This document shows positions 37,238 to 48,143 of a DNA stretch of 64,000 nt, piece after piece; within the stretch, counting starts at the first letter, position 1; each line of letters opens with the position of its first letter. Made by a program: the position numbers and the translations under genes. The stretch is from Bacteroidota bacterium. Lineage in GTDB: Bacteria; Bacteroidota; Ignavibacteria; UBA10030; SZUA-254. Below the pieces are notes generated by a model. The model did no database searches. It saw only the letters and a list, made by a program, of their open reading frames with translations, and was not told the origin of the DNA. The stretch lies in the NCBI GenBank assembly GCA_020056225.1, contig JAGVIE010000030.1, positions 42,492 to 106,491 of the forward strand, read 5' to 3'.

Positions 37238-38746
37238 ATGACATTATCAAAATTACTGGAAGGTGTTGCGGTAACAAAAATGTTCCAAACACTTTATGGA
37301 CAACATGCAGTGACACAGGAAATCCAGATTGATCACTTGCATTATGACTCGCGCAAAATTTGCCGCAACGACGTTTTCGTAGCGATCTCAGGCAATTCAT
37401 TTGATGGACATAAATTCATCGATAGCGCTGTAGCTAACGGCGCAAAAGTCGTAGTAGTGGAACATGACACTGCGGTTCCGGATTCGTTTTTTATGCATGC
37501 AGGAGTAGTAAAAATTGTAGTTTCCAATAGCCGCTTAGCTTTGGCCCGTATGTCGGCGAATTATTATAATCGTCCTTCAGAAAAATTATCAATGATAGGT
37601 GTGACCGGAACAAATGGAAAAACAACAACTGCATATCTAATAAAATCCATTCTTGAATATTGCGGAATAAAATCCGGATTGCTTGGAACGATCGAATATA
37701 AAATTGGTGATATCGTTATCCCCGCCACACATACGACACCGGAATCGCTCGAATTGAATGAGATACTCGATGCCATGATTCAAGGCGGATGTAAATCGGC
37801 AGTCATGGAAGTATCATCGCATGCGCTTCACCAGCACCGTGTTCACGGCATTGATTTTAAGGCAGCTGTGTTCACGAATTTAACGCAGGACCATCTCGAT
37901 TATCATTTATCGATGGATGAATATTTTAAAGCAAAGAATATGCTTTTCGAAAATCTTACAGCCGGTTCTTGTGCAATCGTAAATACGGATGACAATTACG
38001 GCAAAATCATCCTTGAAAAAACCCCGGCACGAACGATTTCATACGGAATAAACATTCCTGCCGACGTGTCGGCAAAAAATATTTCTCTCTCGATGAACGG
38101 CATGACATTTACTATCGTTCATCAAGGAGAAGAAACGGCTATTGAATCGCAGCTAACCGGCAGATTCAATGTCAGTAATATACTTGCCGCATTCGGTACG
38201 GGAATAGCGCTCTGCATAAATAAAAAAATGATGCAAGAAGCAATACGAGAAACAAATGCAGTTCGCGGCAGGTTCGAACAAATAACTTCATCGGGCGGTT
38301 GGACGGCAATCATCGATTATGCCCATACACCCGATGCGCTTGAAAAGACCCTGATGGCAATAAAAGATATTTTTGATTCGAGCAGGAATGGAAAAATTAT
38401 CACTGTTTTTGGCTGCGGCGGTAACCGAGACCACTCGAAAAGATCCAAAATGGGTCTGATCGCATCGAGTCTTAGCGATGTAACAGTCATTACATCGGAT
38501 AATCCGAGATTCGAAAATCCCGAATCAATAATCGATGAAGTAATGCGGGAAATTAAAAAAGGTTCAACGGTATTTAGGGATTCAGATCGAAAGGAAGCGA
38601 TTAACAAAGCTCTTGGTTTAGCAAAGAAGGGCGATGTCATCCTCGTAGCTGGTAAGGGCCACGAAGATTATCAGGTAATTGAAGATCGGAAAATTCATTT
38701 TAGTGACCGCGAAACAATTGAAGAGTATCTTCGAGCGCATCCATGA
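37238..38746 (+). CDS. murE: UDP-MurNAc-tripeptide synthetase MurE (DAP-type)
   Basis: GVTGTNGKTT, MEVSSH, DYAHTPD and DNPR. Confidence 0.96.
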   Translation: MTLSKLLEGVAVTKMFQTLYGQHAVTQEIQIDHLHYDSRKICRNDVFVAISGNSFDGHKFIDSAVANGAKVVVVEHDTAVPDSFFMHAGVVKIVVSNSRLALARMSANYYNRPSEKLSMIGVTGTNGKTTTAYLIKSILEYCGIKSGLLGTIEYKIGDIVIPATHTTPESLELNEILDAMIQGGCKSAVMEVSSHALHQHRVHGIDFKAAVFTNLTQDHLDYHLSMDEYFKAKNMLFENLTAGSCAIVNTDDNYGKIILEKTPARTISYGINIPADVSAKNISLSMNGMTFTIVHQGEETAIESQLTGRFNVSNILAAFGTGIALCINKKMMQEAIRETNAVRGRFEQITSSGGWTAIIDYAHTPDALEKTLMAIKDIFDSSRNGKIITVFGCGGNRDHSKRSKMGLIASSLSDVTVITSDNPRFENPESIIDEVMREIKKGSTVFRDSDRKEAINKALGLAKKGDVILVAGKGHEDYQVIEDRKIHFSDRETIEEYLRAHP

Positions 38747-40131
38747 AAATCACACTCGAGGATTTGAAAAGTGTTCCGCATATCGCCTTGCACAAAATTG
38801 AATCGTTAAAAATTAAAAAGTTTTCAGGAATCTCAACAGATTCACGCTCGGTGAAGCCGGGCGAATTGTTCTTTGCGATACGAGGTGAAAAATTTAACGG
38901 ACACGAATTCGTGCAGCGTGCTTTTGCAAAAGGTGCCGCATGTGCCGTAGTTGAAGAAACTGCCGGTAGACAATTGTGGCTGGATTTTCCTCTATTCATA
39001 GTCGAAAACAGCGTTCGTACGCTTGGCGAATTAGCAAAAGTACACAGACAGAAATTCAAAATTCCCATTATTGCAATCGCCGGAAGCAATGGTAAAACAA
39101 CGACCAAGGAAATGATTGCCGCAGTACTAAACACGCAGTACTCGGTACTCAGCACAGCAGGAAATCTGAATAACCATATCGGTGTTCCGCAGACTTTGTT
39201 CAGACTGACTAAACGGCATCAGATTGCAGTAATTGAAATCGGAACAAACCATTTTGGAGAGTTGAAATATCTTTGTGAAATTTTGAATCCGACTCATGGA
39301 TTGATTACGAACATCGGACACGAGCATTTGGAGTATTTTAAAAACATAGAAGGTGTGTCAAAAGGCGAAGGCGAACTTTATCGAGCTATAAGTAAAAGAG
39401 GTCAAGGTTTCGTGAATACAGACGACAAATATATAGTCGGCGAGGCAAAAGTTTTAAAAAATAAAATTACTTATGGTTTTTCAAAGAAAAGAAATCGGAT
39501 ACAGGGACAATTGACAAATATTGACTATAAAGGATGTCCGGAATTTTCGGTTAAGGCTAACAACAAAAAAGAATTTACTATTAAGCTCAATACTCCCGGT
39601 GTTCATGCTATGTCGAACGGATTAGCCGCGGCGGCAGTTGGAATTAAATTTGGCATTAAAGCCAATAATATCAGTCGATCGCTGAAAAGATTTTCCGGGA
39701 TTGGAAAACGTATGGAAATAATAAAAATTGGTCCCATCACAATCATCAACGATACATACAATGCTAATAGCGACTCTGTAAGGTCGGCATTAGAGACATT
39801 ACGGTTAATGAACTGCAATGGGAACAAAATAGTAATACTTGCAGATATGCTGGAACTTGGCGATGCGGCTATGGGAGAACATCGCGCGATCGGAAAAATT
39901 ATCGGTGAAATGGGATTTGAATATTTACTCACTTATGGTGAAACGGCTAAGCACATATACGATTCCGCCGATGTAAAAATGAAAATCCATTATGATCAAA
40001 AAAACATTTTATCGGAATATGCCGCCGAACTTGTTTCGGATGGCGATATAGTTTTAGTAAAAGGTTCGAGAGGGATGAAAATGGAAGACGTAGTAACATT
40101 CCTCACAGAACGTCTCGGAAAAAGGAAATAG
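38743..40131 (+). CDS. murF: UDP-MurNAc-pentapeptide synthetase MurF
   Basis: GSNGKTTTK, NNHIGVP, DTYNAN and KGSRG. Confidence 0.96.
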   Translation: MKITLEDLKSVPHIALHKIESLKIKKFSGISTDSRSVKPGELFFAIRGEKFNGHEFVQRAFAKGAACAVVEETAGRQLWLDFPLFIVENSVRTLGELAKVHRQKFKIPIIAIAGSNGKTTTKEMIAAVLNTQYSVLSTAGNLNNHIGVPQTLFRLTKRHQIAVIEIGTNHFGELKYLCEILNPTHGLITNIGHEHLEYFKNIEGVSKGEGELYRAISKRGQGFVNTDDKYIVGEAKVLKNKITYGFSKKRNRIQGQLTNIDYKGCPEFSVKANNKKEFTIKLNTPGVHAMSNGLAAAAVGIKFGIKANNISRSLKRFSGIGKRMEIIKIGPITIINDTYNANSDSVRSALETLRLMNCNGNKIVILADMLELGDAAMGEHRAIGKIIGEMGFEYLLTYGETAKHIYDSADVKMKIHYDQKNILSEYAAELVSDGDIVLVKGSRGMKMEDVVTFLTERLGKRK

Positions 40132-40140
40132 CTAAACATA

Positions 40141-41265
40141 ATGCTTTATTATCTTTTGGAATATATTAACCGTACTCTTCATCCGCCGGGATTTGGTTTG
40201 TTCCGTTATCTTTCGTTTCGTGCCGGAGCGGCGGCAATAACGGCGCTCATAATAGCATTCTGGCTTGGACCGAAAGTGATACGTCTTCTGAAAAAACATC
40301 AGATAGGAGAAGCAGCGAAAGTTGAAGCACCTAAAACCCACTTGAGTAAAGCGGGAACCCCTACTATGGGTGGATTGATTATTCTTGGCGCGATTCTCAT
40401 CCCCGCGCTACTCTGGGCTGATTTGAAAAATGGATACATCCTTCTGATGATATTCGTGACCGCGGCTCTCGGTATGGTCGGATTCCTCGATGATTATCTA
40501 AAAGTCGTTAAGAAAAAACCTAAAGGTTTGATTGAAGAATACAAACTAATCGGTCAGTTGCTTGTTGGTTTAATCGTAGGCGGTGTGATTTACTTCTTCC
40601 CTCAGTTCATCGATCCCGATCTTTGGAAATTTAAATCAAGCACAACTATGCCGTTCTTCAAGAGCATGGAATTCGATTTCGGGATCCTGTACATTCCGAT
40701 GGTAGTTTTCATAATTGCGGCAACGAGCAACGCCGTCAATCTCACAGACGGTCTTGATGGATTAGCGGCGGGATTAGTAAGCATCGTAGGTTTAACTTTG
40801 GCAGTGATCAGTTATGTATCCGGAAGAGCCGACCTCAGTCAATACCTCACCATTCCGTTCTTGCGAGGTAACGGTGAATTGAGTATTTATTGCGCGGCGA
40901 TGGTTGGCGCATCACTTGGATTCCTATGGTTTAATGCATACCCGGCGCAAATTTTCATGGGCGATACCGGATCGCTCGCCCTGGGTGGCGCAATTGGTGC
41001 GTTGTGTGTTTTGATAAAGAAGGAACTCCTACTACCCACACTCGGTGGTGTCTTCTTAATGGAGACTGTTTCAGTGATTATCCAACGCTTTTACTTCAAA
41101 TACACAAAACGTAAGTACGGAGAAGGCAAAAGGATATTCAAAATGGCGCCGCTGCATCATCACTTCGAGATGCTCGGTTGGCCCGAGCCGAAAATCGTCA
41201 CACGATTTTATATTGTTGCGATTTTATTGATGATTCTAAGTTTAGCAACATTCAAAGTACGTTAG
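40141..41265 (+). CDS. mraY: Phospho-N-acetylmuramoyl-pentapeptide transferase MraY
   Basis: KAGTPTMGG, NAVNLTDGLDGL, FMGDTGS and MAPLHHHFE. Confidence 0.97.
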   Translation: MLYYLLEYINRTLHPPGFGLFRYLSFRAGAAAITALIIAFWLGPKVIRLLKKHQIGEAAKVEAPKTHLSKAGTPTMGGLIILGAILIPALLWADLKNGYILLMIFVTAALGMVGFLDDYLKVVKKKPKGLIEEYKLIGQLLVGLIVGGVIYFFPQFIDPDLWKFKSSTTMPFFKSMEFDFGILYIPMVVFIIAATSNAVNLTDGLDGLAAGLVSIVGLTLAVISYVSGRADLSQYLTIPFLRGNGELSIYCAAMVGASLGFLWFNAYPAQIFMGDTGSLALGGAIGALCVLIKKELLLPTLGGVFLMETVSVIIQRFYFKYTKRKYGEGKRIFKMAPLHHHFEMLGWPEPKIVTRFYIVAILLMILSLATFKVR

Positions 41266-41273
41266 ATTAAACG

Positions 41274-42647
41274 ATGGTATCTGTTTCAGATAAAATAATA
41301 TCAGGAAAAAAAATCACAGTGCTTGGCGCTGCCAAAAGCGGAATTGCCGTGGCATCGCTCCTGAAAAAAGGGGGAGCGTTAGTCTTTGTCAGCGACAGCG
41401 CGCCAGCGGATAAGCTCCAACCTCAGATGCAGGTTCTGCAATCACTCGGAATTGAGTTTGAGATTAACGGACACACTGAACGAGCTATTGATGCGGATTA
41501 TATCGTAGTAAGTCCCGGAGTTCCTTCAAATATTCAGATTGTAAAAGATGCCGAAGAGAAGAACATCAAAGTTGTATCCGAACTGGAGATTGCAAGCCGG
41601 ATCTGTGAGTCGCCGATAATTGCTGTAACCGGCACGAACGGCAAAACAACTACAACGACATTAATCGGCAAGATTATGGAAAGCGCAAAAGCCAAACACA
41701 TCGTTGCAGGTAATATTGGAACGGCGTTTTCATCTTGTATCGATGCTCTCGATTCGCAAACAGTGGCTGTCTTGGAAGTGAGCAGTTTTCAACTTGATCA
41801 TTGTGAGACATTCCATCCCAAAGTTTCAGTCATATTGAATATTACACCCGATCATCTCGATCGTTACGACCATAATTTCGATAAGTATATTGCCTCGAAG
41901 TGTAGAATTTTCGTGAATCAAACAAAAACCGATTATCTCATCTATAATTATGATGATGAAGAAACGCGAGAACAGGTACGCCGGTTAGCCAGCTTGCATG
42001 TACAAACACTTGCTTTCGGCATCGACCGTAGATTTGATGAAGGTGCGTTCGTTGAAAATGGAAAACTTGTCACTATCGTTGGCAGCAAGCGGACGGAAGT
42101 CATTGATATACCGAATCTCGGAATACGCGGAATCCATAATATTTATAATTCTATGGCTGCGACACTTGCTACACAGGTGATCGGCATCGATCTTCTTTCG
42201 GTTGGTCGGGCATTGAAAGAATTCAAAGGGGTTGAGCATCGTCTGGAGTTTGTGCGCGAGTTTAACGGCGTGAAGTATATCAACGATTCCAAAGCTACAA
42301 ACGTTGATTCCGTCTGGTATGCGCTTCAGGCATACGAAGAGCCACTTGTTGTATTAATCGGCGGCAGGGATAAAGGGAATGATTATCCCAAACTTTATGA
42401 TTTGGTAAAGAAACATGTGAAAGCTATCATTGCGATAGGTGAATCGGCAGAAAAAGTATATCAGGAATTTCACTCGATTAAGAAATGCATCAAAGCGGAT
42501 TCGATGGAACGTGCTGTTGACGCGGCAAGACAACTTGCGGTGCCGGGGGATATCGTCCTTCTTTCGCCTGCATGCGCATCATTCGATTGGTTCCAAAATT
42601 ATGAACATCGCGGCAAAGTATTCAAACAATTAGTGAATGCATTATAA
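41274..42647 (+). CDS. murD: UDP-MurNAc-L-Ala-D-Glu ligase MurD
   Basis: SPGVP, TGTNGKTTT, EVSSFQL, NDSKATN and SPACASFD. Confidence 0.96.
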   Translation: MVSVSDKIISGKKITVLGAAKSGIAVASLLKKGGALVFVSDSAPADKLQPQMQVLQSLGIEFEINGHTERAIDADYIVVSPGVPSNIQIVKDAEEKNIKVVSELEIASRICESPIIAVTGTNGKTTTTTLIGKIMESAKAKHIVAGNIGTAFSSCIDALDSQTVAVLEVSSFQLDHCETFHPKVSVILNITPDHLDRYDHNFDKYIASKCRIFVNQTKTDYLIYNYDDEETREQVRRLASLHVQTLAFGIDRRFDEGAFVENGKLVTIVGSKRTEVIDIPNLGIRGIHNIYNSMAATLATQVIGIDLLSVGRALKEFKGVEHRLEFVREFNGVKYINDSKATNVDSVWYALQAYEEPLVVLIGGRDKGNDYPKLYDLVKKHVKAIIAIGESAEKVYQEFHSIKKCIKADSMERAVDAARQLAVPGDIVLLSPACASFDWFQNYEHRGKVFKQLVNAL

Positions 42648-43821
42648 TATGTCACTCGGAGAACGCAACCATATTGACCTTGTAATACTGATCGCTGTGC
42701 TGACGCTGATGCTGTTCAGTCTCGGTATCGTATACAGTGCGTCGGCAAGTTATGCTCAGATGAAGTATGGCGAAAGCGAACATATGCTTACAAACCACGC
42801 GATCAAGGTTCTTCTGGGAATAATAGGTTTGTTCATTGGTATGCGAATTGATTACCACTCGCTGAAGCGCTTTACAAAAGCGGCAGTGATAGTCTCGGTT
42901 GGATTTCTTTTGGTCACATTTGTTCTTGGCGGTGAAGCGAAAGGCGCCACACGCTGGCTTCGGTACAGCAGTATCGGTTTTCAACCCTCGGAGTTTGCGA
43001 AGTACGCTCTTCTATTTCACTTATGCACGCTTATATCGACAAAAGGTGAATTGATCAGAGATCTAAAAAAAGGTTTCATCCCGATGATTGTATGGATCGG
43101 ACTTGTCACGGCGCTTGTCATGGCGCAACCCAATTTTAGCATGGGTGCGTTGATATTTTTGCTCAGCATGGCGATGCTTTACATCGGTAATGTGAAATTG
43201 AAACATCTCGCTCTTACTTTCGCAATTCTGTTGCCGCTGATCATTGTTTATATGCTTAGCGCAAAATACCGTCTCCAGCGCATAATGGGATATATTAATG
43301 GAGGAAACGGGATTCAGACAAAAACCGATTACCAGCCATGGCAATCTATCATTGGTTTTGGTAATGGAGGAATTTTTGGCGTTGGACCGGGTGAAAGTAA
43401 GCAACGCGATTTCTTTCTTCCTGAATCGTTCGGAGATTTTGTTTTTTCAATCGTAGGCGAAGAATACGGATTTGTCGGAACCATACTTTTTATGATTTTA
43501 TTTCTGGCAATAATGCTAAGGGGTTTTAAGATAGCTAAATTCGCTCCGGACCCATTCGGACGTTATCTGGCAATTGCTGTTACATCGGCGATAACTTTGT
43601 ATGCGCTTATCAATGCGGGCGTAACTCTGAGCCTGTTACCTACAACGGGACTGCCGATGCCATTTGTAAGCTATGGCGGATCGTCGATGGTATTCTCGGC
43701 ATGCGCAGTAGGCGTGTTATTGAACATCTCATCGCAAACCGATTTGCATCCGAGAGCCAGAGAAATTCCGATCGTCGGTTCAGTGAACGCCGATGAGCTG
43801 TCAACGAGGAAAGTGTATTAA
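42637..43821 (+). CDS. ftsW: SEDS peptidoglycan polymerase FtsW
   Basis: GATRW, FQPSEFAK, LPE...DF and PFVSYGGSS. Confidence 0.95.
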   Translation: MHYNMSLGERNHIDLVILIAVLTLMLFSLGIVYSASASYAQMKYGESEHMLTNHAIKVLLGIIGLFIGMRIDYHSLKRFTKAAVIVSVGFLLVTFVLGGEAKGATRWLRYSSIGFQPSEFAKYALLFHLCTLISTKGELIRDLKKGFIPMIVWIGLVTALVMAQPNFSMGALIFLLSMAMLYIGNVKLKHLALTFAILLPLIIVYMLSAKYRLQRIMGYINGGNGIQTKTDYQPWQSIIGFGNGGIFGVGPGESKQRDFFLPESFGDFVFSIVGEEYGFVGTILFMILFLAIMLRGFKIAKFAPDPFGRYLAIAVTSAITLYALINAGVTLSLLPTTGLPMPFVSYGGSSMVFSACAVGVLLNISSQTDLHPRAREIPIVGSVNADELSTRKVY

Positions 43822-43822
43822 T

Positions 43823-44938
43823 GTGCCGCACCTTCGAGTCATATTTGCAGGCGGTGGAACCGGCGGGCATCTTTTTCCGGCTATCGCAATCGCTGATGAA
43901 ATCCGGAATCTGCATCCGGATGCGGAAATTGCATTCATCGGCACTAAATCAAAAATCGAAGCGCGAGTGGTTCCACAAAATGGATTTCAGTTCTATCCGA
44001 TATGGATCAGCGGCTATCATCGGAATTTTCGGATTAGTAATGTTTTGTTTCCAGTTAAGGTGATTGTTTCGTTTATGCAGGCAGTATCAATCATAAAAAA
44101 ATTTAATCCCGATGTTGTCGTTGGAACCGGAGGATATATATCCGGTCCGGTGCTTCGTGCGGCTACATTCTTAAAAATTCCGACGCTAATACAGGAACAA
44201 AACAATTATCCCGGTGTAACTACTCGCATGCTTGCAAAAAAAGTCGATGAAATTCATCTGACATTCGAAGATTCGAGAAAATATTTTACCGGTTTACAGA
44301 ATGTTTATGTTACCGGAAATCCAACGCGGCGCAGTCTTGAAAACGTTAGCCGGCATGACGCGCTTCATTATTTCGGATTCGATGATTCTGAAACAGTCAA
44401 AACAATCTTGGTGTTTGGCGGAAGCCTCGGCGCGCACACCTTGAATAATGCCGTGCTGATGAATATCGATTCACTTTTGAAAAACAATATCAGGCTTATA
44501 TGGCAGACAGGCAAAGAAGAAATACGGCATGCGGAAACGATCGTAAAAAAATATTCATCTAAAAATATTTGGGTGAGCGATTTCATAGATCGTATGGATT
44601 ATGCTTACGCCGCCAGCGATCTTGTGATCTGCCGGGCTGGAGCGACCACCATTGCCGAGCTGACCAATATAGGTAAACCTGCTATTCTCGTTCCATATCC
44701 TCATGCCGCAGCGAACCATCAGGTTGAGAACGCGAAATCGCTGGTCAAATCAGGCGCCGTAGAAATCGTCTATGACCATGAAGTTGGCGGCAAATTATTA
44801 ACATCCGTATTTAATCTTCTTGAAGATTCAAATCTGCGTTCGATGAGTGAGAGAAGTAAAAAACATGGGAAACCAGATGCGTCAAATGAAATAGCGAAAC
44901 GAGTTGAACAATTATCAAAGTGCCATGAAAGAGCATAA
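43823..44938 (+). CDS. murG: Glycosyltransferase MurG
   Basis: GGGTGGHLFP, GTGGY, EQN, GGSLGA, RAGA and HQVENA. Likely GTG start at 43823. Confidence 0.95.
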   Translation: MPHLRVIFAGGGTGGHLFPAIAIADEIRNLHPDAEIAFIGTKSKIEARVVPQNGFQFYPIWISGYHRNFRISNVLFPVKVIVSFMQAVSIIKKFNPDVVVGTGGYISGPVLRAATFLKIPTLIQEQNNYPGVTTRMLAKKVDEIHLTFEDSRKYFTGLQNVYVTGNPTRRSLENVSRHDALHYFGFDDSETVKTILVFGGSLGAHTLNNAVLMNIDSLLKNNIRLIWQTGKEEIRHAETIVKKYSSKNIWVSDFIDRMDYAYAASDLVICRAGATTIAELTNIGKPAILVPYPHAAANHQVENAKSLVKSGAVEIVYDHEVGGKLLTSVFNLLEDSNLRSMSERSKKHGKPDASNEIAKRVEQLSKCHERA

Positions 44939-45431
44939 AACACCGCCAGCAGGAAAAATATTTAAGTATAAGCTCGACTTCTATTACCAGCAGTCACTTC
45001 TCTATCTGATAACGCTGATAGTATACGCTGGAATTAGAGGAACGTTCGACTTCGATAGATTGCCTTTGCTAGAAGTTGATCCTCTGTTATATATCATTAT
45101 CCTGTTTGTATTGATTTCGTTTGTTGTTCTAATGTTAAACAAAGCCCGCGACAGGAAGCTGATTATTGCAGCAGATAAAATAATATTTCACAACAAATAT
45201 CGTGAACAAGAAATAGCGCTCGTTGATATCGAGTGGCTTCATATTGGCCGCGAAAGAAGGGTGCAAACCGCCGGCGCAATTCAGGTAGTTGTGTTCAAAT
45301 CAAAAAGCAGACGGCGTTTATACCGTATTCGAATAGGTAGATACGAACGGGACAGAGATCTTCTTCTGGAAATGCAGCGTATATCGCAGATTGTTCCAAA
45401 AGGTAAAAGACCTGTTTTCGGTATTCGCTAA
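44925..45431 (+). CDS. Hypothetical membrane protein (2 TM plus a possible PH-like soluble part) within the dcw cluster
   Basis: ORF overlaps the murG stop and has two hydrophobic segments. Confidence 0.7.
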   Translation: MKEHKTPPAGKIFKYKLDFYYQQSLLYLITLIVYAGIRGTFDFDRLPLLEVDPLLYIIILFVLISFVVLMLNKARDRKLIIAADKIIFHNKYREQEIALVDIEWLHIGRERRVQTAGAIQVVVFKSKSRRRLYRIRIGRYERDRDLLLEMQRISQIVPKGKRPVFGIR

Positions 45432-45450
45432 AAAAAGTAAAGGTAAAGTT

Positions 45451-45813
45451 ATGACTGAGATAATACAATATATAATATTAGGACTTTTTGGCGGCGTGAT
45501 GAGCGGTCTTCTCGGAATAGGCGGTGCGATTATAATTGTTCCTGCGCTTGTTTACATTTTTGGGTTCGATCAGAAAATGGCTCAAGGAACAACACTTGCT
45601 ATGCTCATTCCGCCTGTGGGTCTGTTGGGCGTATGGCAGTATTATAATGCCGGTAATGTCAATTTTAAAGTTGCGGGTATCATGTGCATCGGGTTGTTCG
45701 TTGGCGCATACTTCGGTGGCTATTTTGCAAATCAGGTCTCGAACGACACGCTTCGGAAAATTTTCGGAGTTTTGCTTTTTTTAATTTCAATAAAAATGAT
45801 TTTTGGAAAGTAA
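45451..45813 (+). CDS. Half-size TauE/SafE (TSUP) family membrane protein
   Basis: SGLLGIGGAIIIVPAL, AQGTTL and LRKIFG. About 120 aa. Confidence 0.85.
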   Translation: MTEIIQYIILGLFGGVMSGLLGIGGAIIIVPALVYIFGFDQKMAQGTTLAMLIPPVGLLGVWQYYNAGNVNFKVAGIMCIGLFVGAYFGGYFANQVSNDTLRKIFGVLLFLISIKMIFGK

Positions 45814-45822
45814 CAGTCGAAT

Positions 45823-47208
45823 ATGTTTAGTTCTATTAAAAAAATTCATTTTGTTGGCCTCGGCGGAATCGGAATGAGCGGTATCGCCGAAATATTACTC
45901 GACCAGAATTTTAAAGTAAGCGGTTCCGATAGATCGCTAAGTGAAATTACAGACCGATTGCAGCAGCTTGGCGCAATAGTCTTTGAAGGTCACCTGGCTG
46001 AGCATGTTGCCGCGGACGTTGACGCGCTTGTCTACTCATCGGCAGTACCGCTGGATAACGCGGAAGTTGTTGAAGCACAGCGCCGTAAAATTCCCGTTAT
46101 CCGCCGGGCTGAGATGCTTGCAGAAGTAATGAGGTTGAAGTACGGCATCGGTATTGCCGGAACACATGGGAAGACGACAACTACTTCTATGGTGAGCCTT
46201 GTACTTATGGAGGGCGGATTCGATCCGACGGTGATTGTTGGCGGTAGATTGTCAGGGCTTGGCGGGTCGAATGCGCGTCTCGGTCACGGGGATTTTATCG
46301 TTGTCGAAGCGGATGAATACGACCGTTCGTTTCTATCAATCACGCCGACGATAGCAGTATTGACGACACTCGAAACCGATCATCTTGATTGTTATCGTGA
46401 CCTCGAAGACATAAAAGGCGCTTTCGTCCAATTTGCGAGCAAAGTTCCGTTCTACGGATTTGTCGTTCTTTGTCTTGATGAACCGGCGCTTCAAGACATT
46501 ATGCCGCAGCTTGGTCAAAAAAAGGTAATCGGTTATGGCTTTAACCCGCAGGCGGATGTTCAGGCTATAGACATCCAGCATAAAAATAATACAACGACAT
46601 TCATGGTACTGCGTGATGGTTGTGAACTGGGTCCCATTACATTACAAATTCCCGGTAAGCATAATGTTCAGAATGCGTTGGGAGCCATCACTGTCGGGCT
46701 TGAACTCGGAATTCCATTCATTAAAGTGAAATCCGGCATCGAAAAGTTTACCGGTGTTAACCGGCGATGGGAAATGAAAGGTGAAGTGAACACGATAAGT
46801 GTGTACGATGATTATGCTCATCATCCGACAGAATGCAAAGCCGCACTAGCAGGAGCAAAAGCTGGTTGGCGACGGCGTACAGTTTGCGTTTTTCAACCGC
46901 ATCTATACTCACGGACACGAGATTTCTATGAGGAATTTGCCAAAGCATTTTTGTTGGCAGATGTTCTTCTCGTCACCGATATATATCCCGCACGAGAAGA
47001 ACCGATCCAGGGAATCACGGGCGAATTGATAGTCAACGCGGCAAAGTTATATGGACATAAAAATGTTCATTATGTTCCAGATAAAAAAAATATTCCCGAT
47101 TATATTCTTAAGCTCGTCAACAACAACGACATAATCATAATGATGGGCGCCGGAGATATCTGGAAGCAGAGCGGGGAAATATTGAAGAAATTAGAATTGA
47201 ATAAATAG
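45823..47208 (+). CDS. murC: UDP-MurNAc-L-Ala ligase MurC
   Basis: GLGGIGMSG, GTHGKTTT, EADE, DDYAHHPTE and FQPH. Confidence 0.97.
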   Translation: MFSSIKKIHFVGLGGIGMSGIAEILLDQNFKVSGSDRSLSEITDRLQQLGAIVFEGHLAEHVAADVDALVYSSAVPLDNAEVVEAQRRKIPVIRRAEMLAEVMRLKYGIGIAGTHGKTTTTSMVSLVLMEGGFDPTVIVGGRLSGLGGSNARLGHGDFIVVEADEYDRSFLSITPTIAVLTTLETDHLDCYRDLEDIKGAFVQFASKVPFYGFVVLCLDEPALQDIMPQLGQKKVIGYGFNPQADVQAIDIQHKNNTTTFMVLRDGCELGPITLQIPGKHNVQNALGAITVGLELGIPFIKVKSGIEKFTGVNRRWEMKGEVNTISVYDDYAHHPTECKAALAGAKAGWRRRTVCVFQPHLYSRTRDFYEEFAKAFLLADVLLVTDIYPAREEPIQGITGELIVNAAKLYGHKNVHYVPDKKNIPDYILKLVNNNDIIIMMGAGDIWKQSGEILKKLELNK

Positions 47209-47222
47209 AAAAGAAAATTTGC

Positions 47223-48143
47223 TTGATCAGTATAGACGATATAAAGAAGTTTTTTCACGGTAAGATTCTGCTCAGCGAGCCGCTGAAGAAATATACATCA
47301 CTGCGAATAGGCGGTCCAGCAGATTATTTTTTTGAGCCGATGGATAAGGAAGATGGCGTAAATATTATCAGCTATCTGCAGAAGCAAGATGTGTCATTTG
47401 TCGCAATCGGCAGGGGAAGCAATCTATTGGTAAGCGATAACGGATTTCGCGGTGCTGTTGTTAATATGGAAGGCGCTCTGAAATCAATTTACATTGAAGG
47501 ATCGAATGTTATCGCCGAAGCGGGAGCGTCGCTGACTCGGTTTGTTGATTTTTGCATACAGCGCAATTATAAAGGTGTTGAAATGCTCGCCGGAATTCCG
47601 GGTACTATCGGCGGCGCTGTGATCATGAACGCCGGAGCGTATGGCGGTGAAATCTCAAACTATATGATCGATGCGGAAATTATTCGCGATGGAACTATCG
47701 TCGTTCTTAAAAAAGAAGAGATAGCTTTCAGTTATCGGTATGCATCGCTTCAGACTGATGATGTTGTGCTGAGTGCGAGCTTTCGGTTGCCCAATGGAAA
47801 CCGGGAAGAGTTGATGAAAATTCGAAACGATTTTATTTTACAAAGAAACCGTAAACACCCGGTCGAGTTGCCTAATTGCGGCAGTGTCTTCAAAAACCCG
47901 CCGGGTTCGCCTGCGGCAAAATTTATTGAGGATGCCGGATTGAAAGGTGTTATAATCGGCAATGCACAGATCTCCGAAAAACATGCGAACTTCATCGTCA
48001 ATTTGGGTGAAGCATCCGCAAGTGACGTGATAGATTTGATTGCCCGTGCGCGCAAAGCGGTATGTGAAAAATTTGGCGTTACTCTTGAACCGGAGGTTAA
48101 GCTTCTCGGTTTTTCTAAAGAGTTGTTAAAGGAAATAATATAG
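47223..48143 (+). CDS. murB: UDP-N-acetylenolpyruvoylglucosamine reductase MurB
   Basis: IGGPA, GRGSNLL, GIPGTIGGA...MNAGAYG, GSVFKNP and KHANF. Confidence 0.96.
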   Translation: MISIDDIKKFFHGKILLSEPLKKYTSLRIGGPADYFFEPMDKEDGVNIISYLQKQDVSFVAIGRGSNLLVSDNGFRGAVVNMEGALKSIYIEGSNVIAEAGASLTRFVDFCIQRNYKGVEMLAGIPGTIGGAVIMNAGAYGGEISNYMIDAEIIRDGTIVVLKKEEIAFSYRYASLQTDDVVLSASFRLPNGNREELMKIRNDFILQRNRKHPVELPNCGSVFKNPPGSPAAKFIEDAGLKGVIIGNAQISEKHANFIVNLGEASASDVIDLIARARKAVCEKFGVTLEPEVKLLGFSKELLKEII

